From a virus, in IMG/VR virus record IMGVR_UViG_3300005669_000010, positions 1,139 to 65,138 of that record: a stretch of DNA of 64,000 nucleotides; one strand, 5' to 3'. The notes below the pieces were generated by a model. The model had not been told where the DNA came from. It was given only the letters and a program-made list of their open reading frames with translations, and searched no databases. Both the position numbers and the translations under genes were made by a program. Positions 8,955 through 18,600 of the stretch are shown here, piece after piece. Numbering within the stretch: position 1 is the stretch's first letter; every line of letters begins with the position of its first letter.

Positions 8955-9270
8955 CGTTGCCAGCCAGTGGGGTGTCCTCGGATGCCGCGACGATGACCTC
9001 AGCCTCGTGGCCGACCGGGACGGCGTTGTCACGGGCCAGCTTGCTGAAGAAAGGCGTTGCGAATCCGTAGACCGCGATTGCGACGACGAGCCAGGTGGGG
9101 AGCGCCTCGGCGCTGACCTCTCCCTTGGCCGCGAAGAACCCGACCACGAGGGCGCCGATCAAGAAGCCGACGAGACCGAAGGCCGCGTAGACTCGCTTGC
9201 GCTTGTTCACCGGGACCAGATCCGTCAGAATGTTCTCTGGCGGCTGGATCGGAACAAGATTGGAACTCAT
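8947..9270 (-). CDS. holin
   Basis: Two TM after RKRVY; AGGAGG RBS; first gene of the lysis cassette. Confidence 0.75.
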   Translation of the reverse strand: MSSNLVPIQPPENILTDLVPVNKRKRVYAAFGLVGFLIGALVVGFFAAKGEVSAEALPTWLVVAIAVYGFATPFFSKLARDNAVPVGHEAEVIVAASEDTPLAGNDG

Positions 9271-9300
9271 GTTTTCCTCCTGTTTGTGGGCGATCTGCTA

Positions 9301-9330
9301 AGATTAGTCGTCAAGCACTATTGATGTCAA
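9301..9330 (-). promoter_or_regulatory. sigmaA-type promoter of the lysis cassette
   Basis: Minus strand TTGACA-N18-TAATCT. Confidence 0.65.
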
Positions 9331-9348
9331 GCATCAAATGGCTCGGCA

Positions 9349-10848
9349 TTAACTTCCGATTCTTATTGCACTAAGCTTTGCCACTTCAATACCCTGAGAA
9401 CCGGCGCCATGATAAGCCTGAACTCGTAAGAAAGGAGCTGCTTCGGTGATCCTGTCAATCACCGAGATTTCCATGCATTGCGTTCTTGCATAAGAGTTTT
9501 GCTCGTCAACTCGAAAGATGTTGTCGTGGTCCGTTACGGCGTTACCTGTCGCAGTCTCTGTTGTCATCTCCCAAAGGTGACGCACTGCCGTAAGAGCTCC
9601 CGTCTGAAGTCTCACGTTGAACTGGTATAGGCCTGGAGTAGAGATCTTCAGGTGATCGCTTACGATTGTCATGTCACTCGTAAGCTCGACTGAGGTTGCC
9701 AAAGGAACAACGGTCCAAGTGTTTGCTGCTGGCGAGACTCTTGAACCGGCAACGCCTCGTGCGACCGAAAGCGGATCGGTCACTCGTTCGATCTTTAGGA
9801 GATCGACAAGGACAGTGCGCTCCTCGGAGCCATAGTTGCCAAAGAGAAAGTGGACCTTTGCTCGAGGCTTGGCGTTCACTGCCTTCATGGTAAAAGTATA
9901 GGTAGTCCAGCCCGAAGTCGAGATATTTTGAGCACCCTCGATGGCGCTCGTTTGCGCAACGCCAGTCTGAAATGGCTCGGGGCTCCCGCCTTCGTCGTTC
10001 TGAATAAGTGCGAGCTGTAGGGTCATTGGGCCTACGAGACTTTTTGCTCTCACGGTCGCCCGAATTAACTCACCACCCTTGACGATATTCTCGTCATCAC
10101 GTGCATAGATGCGCTGGTTACCGCCACCCTGAATAACAATCTTTAGAGCCTGCGTCCCGGTCTCAAATTCGCCCGCTGTCTTCGTTGTACTAAATACGGC
10201 ACTTGCACCCCAAAACGTTTCATATATTGCAATCAGCGAGTTGCCGCCGAGACGGGGGTCGAGATCTGACCAAGCGTTCGCATCGGCACCAGTCACTGGC
10301 GTCCAGACGGTGCTAGTGAGTCCAGGGCACTTGTTCAGGTTGTTCGACAGTGCGACATAGACCTTGCCAGCGTACCCCACGGTGTCGCCAGTCACATACG
10401 AAACAGAAGATCGCCACCTTCGAGGCGAACCTAGCGTCACACCAGTCGGCCCCTGGGGACCGATTGGCCCTCCGGGTCCCTCAGGTCCCTGGGGACCTTC
10501 TGGGCCTATTGGACCCCAGACCGCGCCGCCCAAATAGTAACCAAGAATATAATAAGACCCCGGCTTGCCGAATACACGAGCAATGTCTCCGGGGGCATCG
10601 TACCCGAGCTCCTCGAAGGAAGTACTCATCACTGTCACGGGCTGCATATTAAGAGCCACTCTGACTTTGACGAGGTTGTCTACAGTCTCTCCCGCAAAGA
10701 GAACCAAGGCTGTGTTTTCAGACGAGTTAAAACTGTAAACCTTGCCAAGCCGGGGCTCAGGGCGCTCTTCGTTGAGTACGCCCTTGACAATTCTCGTGAT
10801 TCGATCACGGAACTGCTGAGCGTACCTCTGGTCGCCAAAGTTTGCCAC
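9349..10848 (-). CDS. minor tail protein / receptor-binding fibre
   Basis: Short collagen run, CBM5/12-like YVTGDTVGY.GKVY...W, CBM-like beta domain. Confidence 0.8.
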   Translation of the reverse strand: MANFGDQRYAQQFRDRITRIVKGVLNEERPEPRLGKVYSFNSSENTALVLFAGETVDNLVKVRVALNMQPVTVMSTSFEELGYDAPGDIARVFGKPGSYYILGYYLGGAVWGPIGPEGPQGPEGPGGPIGPQGPTGVTLGSPRRWRSSVSYVTGDTVGYAGKVYVALSNNLNKCPGLTSTVWTPVTGADANAWSDLDPRLGGNSLIAIYETFWGASAVFSTTKTAGEFETGTQALKIVIQGGGNQRIYARDDENIVKGGELIRATVRAKSLVGPMTLQLALIQNDEGGSPEPFQTGVAQTSAIEGAQNISTSGWTTYTFTMKAVNAKPRAKVHFLFGNYGSEERTVLVDLLKIERVTDPLSVARGVAGSRVSPAANTWTVVPLATSVELTSDMTIVSDHLKISTPGLYQFNVRLQTGALTAVRHLWEMTTETATGNAVTDHDNIFRVDEQNSYARTQCMEISVIDRITEAAPFLRVQAYHGAGSQGIEVAKLSAIRIGS

Positions 10849-10856
10849 TGGTTCTC

Positions 10857-12674
10857 CTAGATGGTTTCCGGCGTTCCGGCACTGCCGACGAAAGTGATTC
10901 GCTTTCCAGTTGCACTCATGTTTCCAAGCGCAAGAGGATAAGTGATGCTGTCGATCAAGAACCTTGTCGGCTCAAAGTCATACCTATCTGGATCGAGAAC
11001 TTCATCAATCTCGCCGCACTCCAGCCACGGGTAATAGATCGACTCGAAGCTGATTTCGTAAGACTCTAGCGCGGTGATCTTGAGTCTGTCAACTGCATAT
11101 TGAACACACTCAGCGTCGGACCCCAGCCAGCCGGTGTCTACAGGGAGGGTTCGTGGACCGAGTCTCTGAATCCGGGTAGGACTGGTCGGGTCCTCGTTCT
11201 TGGCTTCCCCGAAGTACGGAAGTCTATCCTCGTCTCCCGAGGGGTCGCTTGTGACGATGATGTGATTGTAGATGTTGCTGTCATTGACTGCCCTATTGTA
11301 CTTCACAAGGTTTGCACCAGATGCATCCTCTTCGTACCCCGTCTTGAAGGTCCACGAAGTCTGTCCAGTGGTGGGGTCAATAAACTTGCGCACAACAAGT
11401 TCACCAAAGGCGTTAAAGAAGATCTCATATCCATAGGCCTCGCAGGCACCCTTTGCGATAGACCATCGGTCAGTGCCTCGATCGAAAGACATATCACTCG
11501 AAAGCGTCTCGTTGCCGATAGAGACTTTGATTCGGGTAGTGTCGACTCCTGATGACGCGGCCAGGCCGATCACGAGGTCACGAAGTCTGGTTCCGATGAC
11601 AAAGGTCGAAGTCTGTCCCAACTTGGACAGAAGCATCTTCTTGGTGTAGTCGCGACCCGTAACCTTGACTTCGGACGGGAAGTTGTCTTCCGAAATGTTG
11701 TCGATCATGAACTCGCCCATCTGTGTTTCCCAGATGATTCGCGAGGAGTAGCCACGCATGTAGTTCAGAACAGCTCGCATCAGTTTCTGAGACTGCTCAC
11801 CGATCACTGGCATGTGAAGGTCAAACCAGCGCGCCCCGTTTGCGTGCGTCGCTAGCGCCGCTGTAAACCCCGACGACCCCAATTCCCCGTATGAACGAGC
11901 GATAGCCACGGAGCCGGACGCTAGGCCGGTGGGAAGGGCTCCCGTGGCCGTGGTCGCCGTCTCCTCGGGGGTAAATGCGCCCCGTGCGGGCGAATCTGTT
12001 ACGGGCTGAGAGATACTCCACTTTTTTGCAGGTGTAACGGCAGTACTGTTGCTATATGCAGGAATCAGCGAATGAGAAGATGCCGTTCCAATCGTGATGA
12101 TGTTCTTCCCGCTTGCCCAAAGACTCTTGAGAAAAGGAGAGCGAGCTGTTGCCGTTGCCTGCAAAAAGGATACAACGTACGTGTAGTCCGAAAGGTCCGA
12201 AAGAGAACTGGCTCCGGGCAGGTAATCAAACTTGACGAATCCGATAGATGAGAAGATTCTGCGAATAAGTCTCACGTTCGCATTACTTGTGGCCTCGATC
12301 AAAACGACACGGGGAGCAACAGCACTCCCCTGATACTGAACACCCCGAAAGACCTTAATGATCTTGTCGTACCAAAGTCCACCATCGAAGTCTGGTCGCA
12401 AAAGTCCATCTTCATTGTCCATCGTCAGATCAAGTGTTCGTCGCTCGTCGGAGCCGTAGTTGACACTCACGGTGCCATCTTTAAGCCTCTGGAAGCCAGG
12501 GTCATCAGTACTGTTCGGGTTCCAGGGAGTCCGTCCATCTGACTCAAAGATCTCAACTCGTCGAACAACCTTTACGACCGAGGCCTCGATCGCATCAACA
12601 ACCTCTGAAGGAACGGTCCCGCCACTAAACGTAGTGCGAACTGGCTCCCTAAAGGACTCATACTGGGTGGTCAT
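10857..12674 (-). CDS. minor tail (hub/baseplate) protein
   Basis: Position; RTLDL, GEF, V.GRD, DRW...FNAFG, YNHIIV motifs. Confidence 0.8.
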   Translation of the reverse strand: MTTQYESFREPVRTTFSGGTVPSEVVDAIEASVVKVVRRVEIFESDGRTPWNPNSTDDPGFQRLKDGTVSVNYGSDERRTLDLTMDNEDGLLRPDFDGGLWYDKIIKVFRGVQYQGSAVAPRVVLIEATSNANVRLIRRIFSSIGFVKFDYLPGASSLSDLSDYTYVVSFLQATATARSPFLKSLWASGKNIITIGTASSHSLIPAYSNSTAVTPAKKWSISQPVTDSPARGAFTPEETATTATGALPTGLASGSVAIARSYGELGSSGFTAALATHANGARWFDLHMPVIGEQSQKLMRAVLNYMRGYSSRIIWETQMGEFMIDNISEDNFPSEVKVTGRDYTKKMLLSKLGQTSTFVIGTRLRDLVIGLAASSGVDTTRIKVSIGNETLSSDMSFDRGTDRWSIAKGACEAYGYEIFFNAFGELVVRKFIDPTTGQTSWTFKTGYEEDASGANLVKYNRAVNDSNIYNHIIVTSDPSGDEDRLPYFGEAKNEDPTSPTRIQRLGPRTLPVDTGWLGSDAECVQYAVDRLKITALESYEISFESIYYPWLECGEIDEVLDPDRYDFEPTRFLIDSITYPLALGNMSATGKRITFVGSAGTPETI

Positions 12675-15652
12675 CGAGCAACCTCCGAGTATGGAATGGA
12701 AATGTCACAGAACTCAGATGCTCCGGTTCCTGCAACCCTCGTCACGGACATGTTGCTTACGCTAACCCTAAAGCAGTCGCCAAAGGGATTCCGCAGCCAC
12801 AGAGGGGAGTCGGCCTGTTGAATCTGCAGGAGTTGAAGCCTCTTCTGTCGTGCCGACGTTCCTCCGGTGCTTCGAATCTGTGCTTCCAGTGTGCCCTTGA
12901 CTCCCAGGTAGTCTCCACGCTCGACTCGACGTCCCCTTCCGATAACAACCGTCTCGGACTCTTCTTGTTCGTCAACAAATGTGTCACCAGTAACGATCGA
13001 GAGCTTGAATGCATCCGCATCGGCATTGTCCGAGTCAGGTTCGATCAACCAGTAGCCATCCGACTGTGGATACGAAGCGATAAGACTGTCGTCGTCACTG
13101 ACCATATCCTGGCCATCCCGAGTAATCATCTGTCGCACGAGGTAACTGACCTTGTAATTGGACGGCGCAAAGTAATCTTTGAACTCGTACCCCGTACCAA
13201 TCTCGTACTCGGTGTAGATCAGTTCAAGATCCCCCTCGGAGATGACAGCAAGCGTGCCGGGATCAATCAAATCACTCTTGCGGTACACGAGGTACGCGAT
13301 GTAATCAGGGTCTCGAGCCAGATCGTCCCACGTTACACTCACGTAGCCTTCGTCAATCTGATTGTACGGAGCGATATCCACCGCCACACCCGAAGGCGGG
13401 TCTGGTGGAACCCAGGCGACATGGAATGGAACTAGTGCCGAAGCGGCTGTCAGTCCAACCGGATCAACCGCAGTCACCCGCACCGTATAATCCTGGTAGT
13501 TGTTCAGGATTCCGGTTGGAACCTTCTCGCTGAATGATCCCGGCGAAAACAGGCCGGTTACCCTCTTGCTCCAGACATCTACACCGTTCTGCGAGATGAC
13601 AACGGTGTACTCTTTGATTCCTCGGCCGCCGCCGTTGGTGAGTGAGAATGTGATCGTAGGAACTCCAGTTGCAACCGTCGCTCCATTTGCAGGAGAGGTG
13701 ATCGTCGCCGAGGGCGGATCAGTTGCAATGAAAGTGACGCTCGGTGATGTTGCCGAGATCGTATTCTCGGAGTCCCAAAGAGTAAGCATCCACTCAAGGA
13801 TCAAGTCCTTGTAGTTGTCATCAAGAATCTGAAAACTGAGATTCTTGACCGAACTGATGACCTTGCCGGTATTCAGAAGCATCTCGTTCGTCTCTACTGA
13901 GTAGAGGTCGAGCTGATATGCGCTCTGAGTGTCCGTAGGCGATGGGTCAGTAAACGCCCAGCTGAAGTCAATGTTTCCATCGTTCCAGGGGATATAAGAT
14001 CCGCTTGAAGGCGCAAGTAGAACTGGCACAGGCGGGTGACCAATGGTCACCGTCCGGGTCGCAGTCCAAGGTCCAACATTCCCCCAGACGTCTCGGACCC
14101 TTGCCCTGAAGTAAATCGCGCCCGAGCCTGTCAGTGCAAAACTTCCTGGGAGTGTGTCTGTGAACAGTGTGTAAATACCAGCAGTATCTGTGCCGGTAAC
14201 AAACTTGCTCTTTCCGTACTCCTGGAGGTAATCAACAAGTCCCGTTGTAAAGGTCGCATTTGATGCAAACTGGAACTGAAGTCTGTATGGAGACTGTCCG
14301 TAATTGAGATCAAGATCGACACCAGCCGACAGGCTTGGGTTTGAGCTTCCCAGTACTGCACCATTGGAAGGCGAAAGAGTGACAATCGGCTGTCCACCAG
14401 AGGGGAGAGGGACAGATGCATACATAAGGGTCGACTGGAAAGGGAAGGCTGGGTCGACATTTCTCCAAGCAGTCCCTACCACGGGAAGCTTGGATAGTGC
14501 AGGAGTCTTTCCGCCACCGCTTCCCATGTACAGCGGCAACGGACCCCAGCCGACTCCATACTTCAGGGAGTCGTCACCACCGTTCTGACCCGAGGTCGCT
14601 GTCTCGTAAGAGAAGAACATCGTCCTGTAGGTGACAAGACTGCTAATGATTGAACTTGAAGTAATGTAATTGAGATATCCCATCCCAACCGAGAATGCTC
14701 CATAGCCTCCGCCGACACCCGTAAAGGTAACGGCACCAAGTCCCGAGGGAGTCGTTACCCCGCCGGTCCCATTGTACTCTAGGACCAGTCGAGAAACCTT
14801 TCGATTTACTGTCGAATGCGCAACTCCTGCGACAAAGCGATCAGTTCCAACCCTAAACATCTTGATCAGTCGACGAGGAGTTGTTGCAGTGTCCCCTTTG
14901 TCAAAGTCGTCAACAAACTGATCCGAGCCCCAGTTTACCGCAGTAACTGCGCCAGTCCCCTCGTTCACCTTGAACGCAATGAACTGAACGCCAAGGTCGC
15001 CAGACGAGAATGACCTTCCGGTCCCAATCACCATGTTTCGTACAGCACCAGAGGCGTTCAAGGCAACAACCGAGATCGCAAAGCCTCCCCGACGAACCGC
15101 CACACCAGATCCAGGCAGTGCCGAAAGCGTGTCAACATTGGAGGTGACCCAGGTTGCACCAGTGGTCCGCGTGTGGATATCTGCAACTGCCGTCGTCGGC
15201 CCTCCGGGCTGAACATAGTTAACAGCCACTACTACTGCGTTGTTATCTGTGACGTCCATGTCCATAGAATAGACTGACGTACCACTCACATTTACGGTCC
15301 TGGTCTCCCACGCAGAGAAGGTATTTGCAGCATTGTTAAACCTGCAAACCGAGAACCCGGAGCGATCGTATCGAAGAACTGCGATCCAAAGGTCATTGTT
15401 CGCCTGCAACGCTCCAGTCAGAATGGAAACGCCAGACCCAGATGGGATCGTAACACTTCCGACCTGGGTCGCCGTTGCAGACCCGGCATCAGTCGCAAGC
15501 ACTCGAATAGTGTTGTCGCCCTTGAGAGCGAGGGACAGAATCCTGCCCGAAGTCTGAGTAAACGTCTGGCGATGTCCCACCACGTCAGGCGGGTTCGTCG
15601 AAGTCGGCGGCTGACTCGGAGTTGCTGTTGCGCCGAGTGAAACGTTTGTCAT
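12671..15652 (-). CDS. minor tail protein with Ig/Fn3-like domains and Dit-like C-terminus
   Basis: Follows the tape measure gene; beta-rich; C-terminal LWLRNPFG. Confidence 0.8.
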   Translation of the reverse strand: MTNVSLGATATPSQPPTSTNPPDVVGHRQTFTQTSGRILSLALKGDNTIRVLATDAGSATATQVGSVTIPSGSGVSILTGALQANNDLWIAVLRYDRSGFSVCRFNNAANTFSAWETRTVNVSGTSVYSMDMDVTDNNAVVVAVNYVQPGGPTTAVADIHTRTTGATWVTSNVDTLSALPGSGVAVRRGGFAISVVALNASGAVRNMVIGTGRSFSSGDLGVQFIAFKVNEGTGAVTAVNWGSDQFVDDFDKGDTATTPRRLIKMFRVGTDRFVAGVAHSTVNRKVSRLVLEYNGTGGVTTPSGLGAVTFTGVGGGYGAFSVGMGYLNYITSSSIISSLVTYRTMFFSYETATSGQNGGDDSLKYGVGWGPLPLYMGSGGGKTPALSKLPVVGTAWRNVDPAFPFQSTLMYASVPLPSGGQPIVTLSPSNGAVLGSSNPSLSAGVDLDLNYGQSPYRLQFQFASNATFTTGLVDYLQEYGKSKFVTGTDTAGIYTLFTDTLPGSFALTGSGAIYFRARVRDVWGNVGPWTATRTVTIGHPPVPVLLAPSSGSYIPWNDGNIDFSWAFTDPSPTDTQSAYQLDLYSVETNEMLLNTGKVISSVKNLSFQILDDNYKDLILEWMLTLWDSENTISATSPSVTFIATDPPSATITSPANGATVATGVPTITFSLTNGGGRGIKEYTVVISQNGVDVWSKRVTGLFSPGSFSEKVPTGILNNYQDYTVRVTAVDPVGLTAASALVPFHVAWVPPDPPSGVAVDIAPYNQIDEGYVSVTWDDLARDPDYIAYLVYRKSDLIDPGTLAVISEGDLELIYTEYEIGTGYEFKDYFAPSNYKVSYLVRQMITRDGQDMVSDDDSLIASYPQSDGYWLIEPDSDNADADAFKLSIVTGDTFVDEQEESETVVIGRGRRVERGDYLGVKGTLEAQIRSTGGTSARQKRLQLLQIQQADSPLWLRNPFGDCFRVSVSNMSVTRVAGTGASEFCDISIPYSEVAR

Positions 15653-15653
15653 C

Positions 15654-18600
15654 TCAGTCCTTTGTCAGGTTGTCGAGGTTGTCGAGGAACTTCTGCGCAT
15701 CATCCGGGTCAGTGATATTCGGGAAGGAAAGGTCCCCGTGGAAGTGAATCGTCTTGCTCTCCTCAGACGTTCCGATAAGACCGCCACTGCGCCAGCCTCG
15801 TGGCAACGGAACAACGGCCTCATCATAGCGACCATCACCGATAGCCGCAAGCGTCGGACCCTTTCGGGCGAGTGCAATTCCACCCTCCTTGAGACCCCAT
15901 GCAGAGTTAAGCGCCTGCGCCTTCCCGCCCTTAGCCACATAGTCATTCCACTGCCAGGGGGCGGAGCCTGCGGCATAGCCTGAATCAGGTCCGGGCACAG
16001 CGTGTAGGTGCGATGCCCAATTGCCGAGGCCAGTTCGGTCGCCCGCTGCAATGCCGACGCGCCGTAGGCCACGGATCAACGCAGCGCTCGCCTGTGCGTC
16101 CAATGCGTCCCCCTGATGGGACGTGCCGGAGTAGGACGTGGCCGGACGGAAGCCGCCCTGCATGACCCGGATCGTAGCGTTAGAAAGCTCTTCCGCCTTC
16201 TTGAGGTGCGCAATGAACAGGTTGGAGAAGTTTCCTCCACGGAAGTTCGACCGACCCTTCGGGTTCGCCGGATCGGTGACCGGCACATCTCCGCCTGCAG
16301 GCGTGCTGTACTTGTCCTTACCGGCATTGAGCTGGCTGTCGGCATTGCTCGTCCAACTACGGAGCTTGCCGATTGCCCACTCGGGAGGAATCTCGGCGGG
16401 GTCCCAGTTGACGCTTGAAATCTTTCGATCAGCCGCGTCATACAGTGGGTTCATGATCTTGCCAATGGCACCCTTGCCGATATCCTTGAGCTTCTTGCCA
16501 ACACCCTTGATGTTGTCGATACGATCAGTCAACCAGCCGCCCATTGCGTACTCACGAACGTCATGAGCGCCAAGGGGAGCGTTCTCGAGCTTCTTGTTAA
16601 CACTCGAAACGCCGATCCGGTTAGCAGCCTCTGCGAGAAGACTCTGTGCTCGCTTGCGATAGGTCGGATCAGTCGGAATAACGAACTCGGGATGATTGGC
16701 CTTGCCCTCGCCCACGATGGCACGTGCCCCGGCAGTCTTGAACCCCCTGGCCGCGCGACGTGCAGGCATCTCGCCGCCCGTTGCGAGCTCAGGAATCAAG
16801 TCAATGTTCCAGCCCTTGCCGGGAAGAATCTTACCAACCTTGTTGAGTCCCTTGATGATCGTGTTGACTGCCTTTACGACAGTGTTAACGATCGCATTCA
16901 CAGGCTTCGTGAGCATTGACTTATTGTCATTCAGCCAGTCCTTGACGGACCTCCAGGCACTCTTGATCTTGTCGACAACCGGGTCCATGACATGCTCCTT
17001 GACCCAGCCCCCGAGGCCCTTGAGCGAGTTCCAAACAGTCTTGATCCCGTTCCACCAACCCGCAAGACTCTCACGAACATTGCTCCAAAGATTCTTGAAT
17101 CGCTGAAGCACCGGCTTGAGAACATTCTCCCAAATCCAGCCACCTGCGGCCCTGAGGGCAGCCCAGATATTCTTGACTCCCTGCCACCAGAGGCGCAGGG
17201 ATGGAACGATGTACTTGTCCCAAACCTCCTTGAACTTATTGAAGACGGGCTTGAGGACGTTGTTCCAAATCCAGCCGCCTGCAGCCTTGAGTCCATTCCA
17301 TGCGGTCTTGACGCTGTTCCACCAAAGCTTGAGTCCAGCGAACACAAGCTTACCAAGCTCTACGAACACATCAAGAACTGGCTTGAGAATGTTATCCCAA
17401 ACCCAAACAGAGACGGTTGCCAGAATTGTCCAAGCGAGCGTGACTCCGGCCCACCAGAGCTTGAGTCCTGCCACAACAAGGCCAAACAGCTTCTTGAAGG
17501 CATTGATAACAGGAACCGCAAAGTTATTCCAAACCCACGCGATGATTGCGCCAAGCTTCTTGAACCACACGACGATGAGCTTGACCATGTCTGGAACGAT
17601 GGAGTTTCCAACAATCACCTTGAAAAGCCACTTGAAGGCATCAATGACTCCGTCAATGACACCCCAGACAACTCCCTTGATGACTCCCCATCCGGCCTGA
17701 AGTACACCAAAGATTCCCTTGATGAGTCCCTCGAAGATCTTGATGACGCCCTTACCCATCGTCTTGAGACCCTCTTGGAAGTTCCCCTTGCTGAACAGCA
17801 TGAAGAATCCAAGGACAATGTCAATCAGGCCGCCGAAGATGTCAATTGCGCCTGCGAGAAGCTTTCCAAGCCCAGCCAGGAGGGGGCGGATTCCCTTTGC
17901 CCAGATGTTGACAAGAAGCTTGACGATCAATGCGACAACAGGAGCGAGCACTGCGGCAATCAGCAGGATGATGTTCTTGACGCCATCGAGAGCGGGGCCG
18001 ATGTTCTTGAGCGCCGGACCAAGACTTTCCTTGAGTGCGGAACCGATTGACTTGAAGGCGTCAACAAGGCCGAGCCAGGTGTTCTTCGCTGCTTCGACAA
18101 CACTTGGGCCAATGAAGTCCCAGATAATCTTGAGCGCGTCACCGATCTTCGACCCAACTCCAGTGATCCAGTCAATGAGACCCGAGATCATAGACTTGAA
18201 TCCAGTGATTGCAGACTGTCCCGACTCGCTTCCGAAGATATTTGAGAACATGTCGTTCAGTGCTGAAGTAAACGAGCTCCAGGCGGACCCGAGCCAGCCC
18301 TTGAATCCAGCCCACTTCTTCTTGATTGGTCCGAACATGTCAATTCCGCCCATAGCCTTAGCAGCTTGGTCGGTGATGTTCTGTGTAAACTCTTCGATCA
18401 GCTTTGTCTGGTCTTCGAAGTTCGTCCTGATGGGACTCCCCGAGCCACCAACGTCGGCAAAGTTTCCACCTGCGGCGTCAAGGAAGTTCTGCATCGTAGG
18501 CGAGATGTGATCGCTTCCGCCAGTCTTACCTGACTTGGTAGCACTCTCGAGTGCCGACGCTGCCGAGGTAGCATCCGACATAGCAGACTCGACGTCACGG

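Noticed and set aside
7981..9324. 447-aa + strand ORF over the lysis cassette
   Set aside because: Antisense shadow of GC3-biased minus-strand genes; no motifs or RBS
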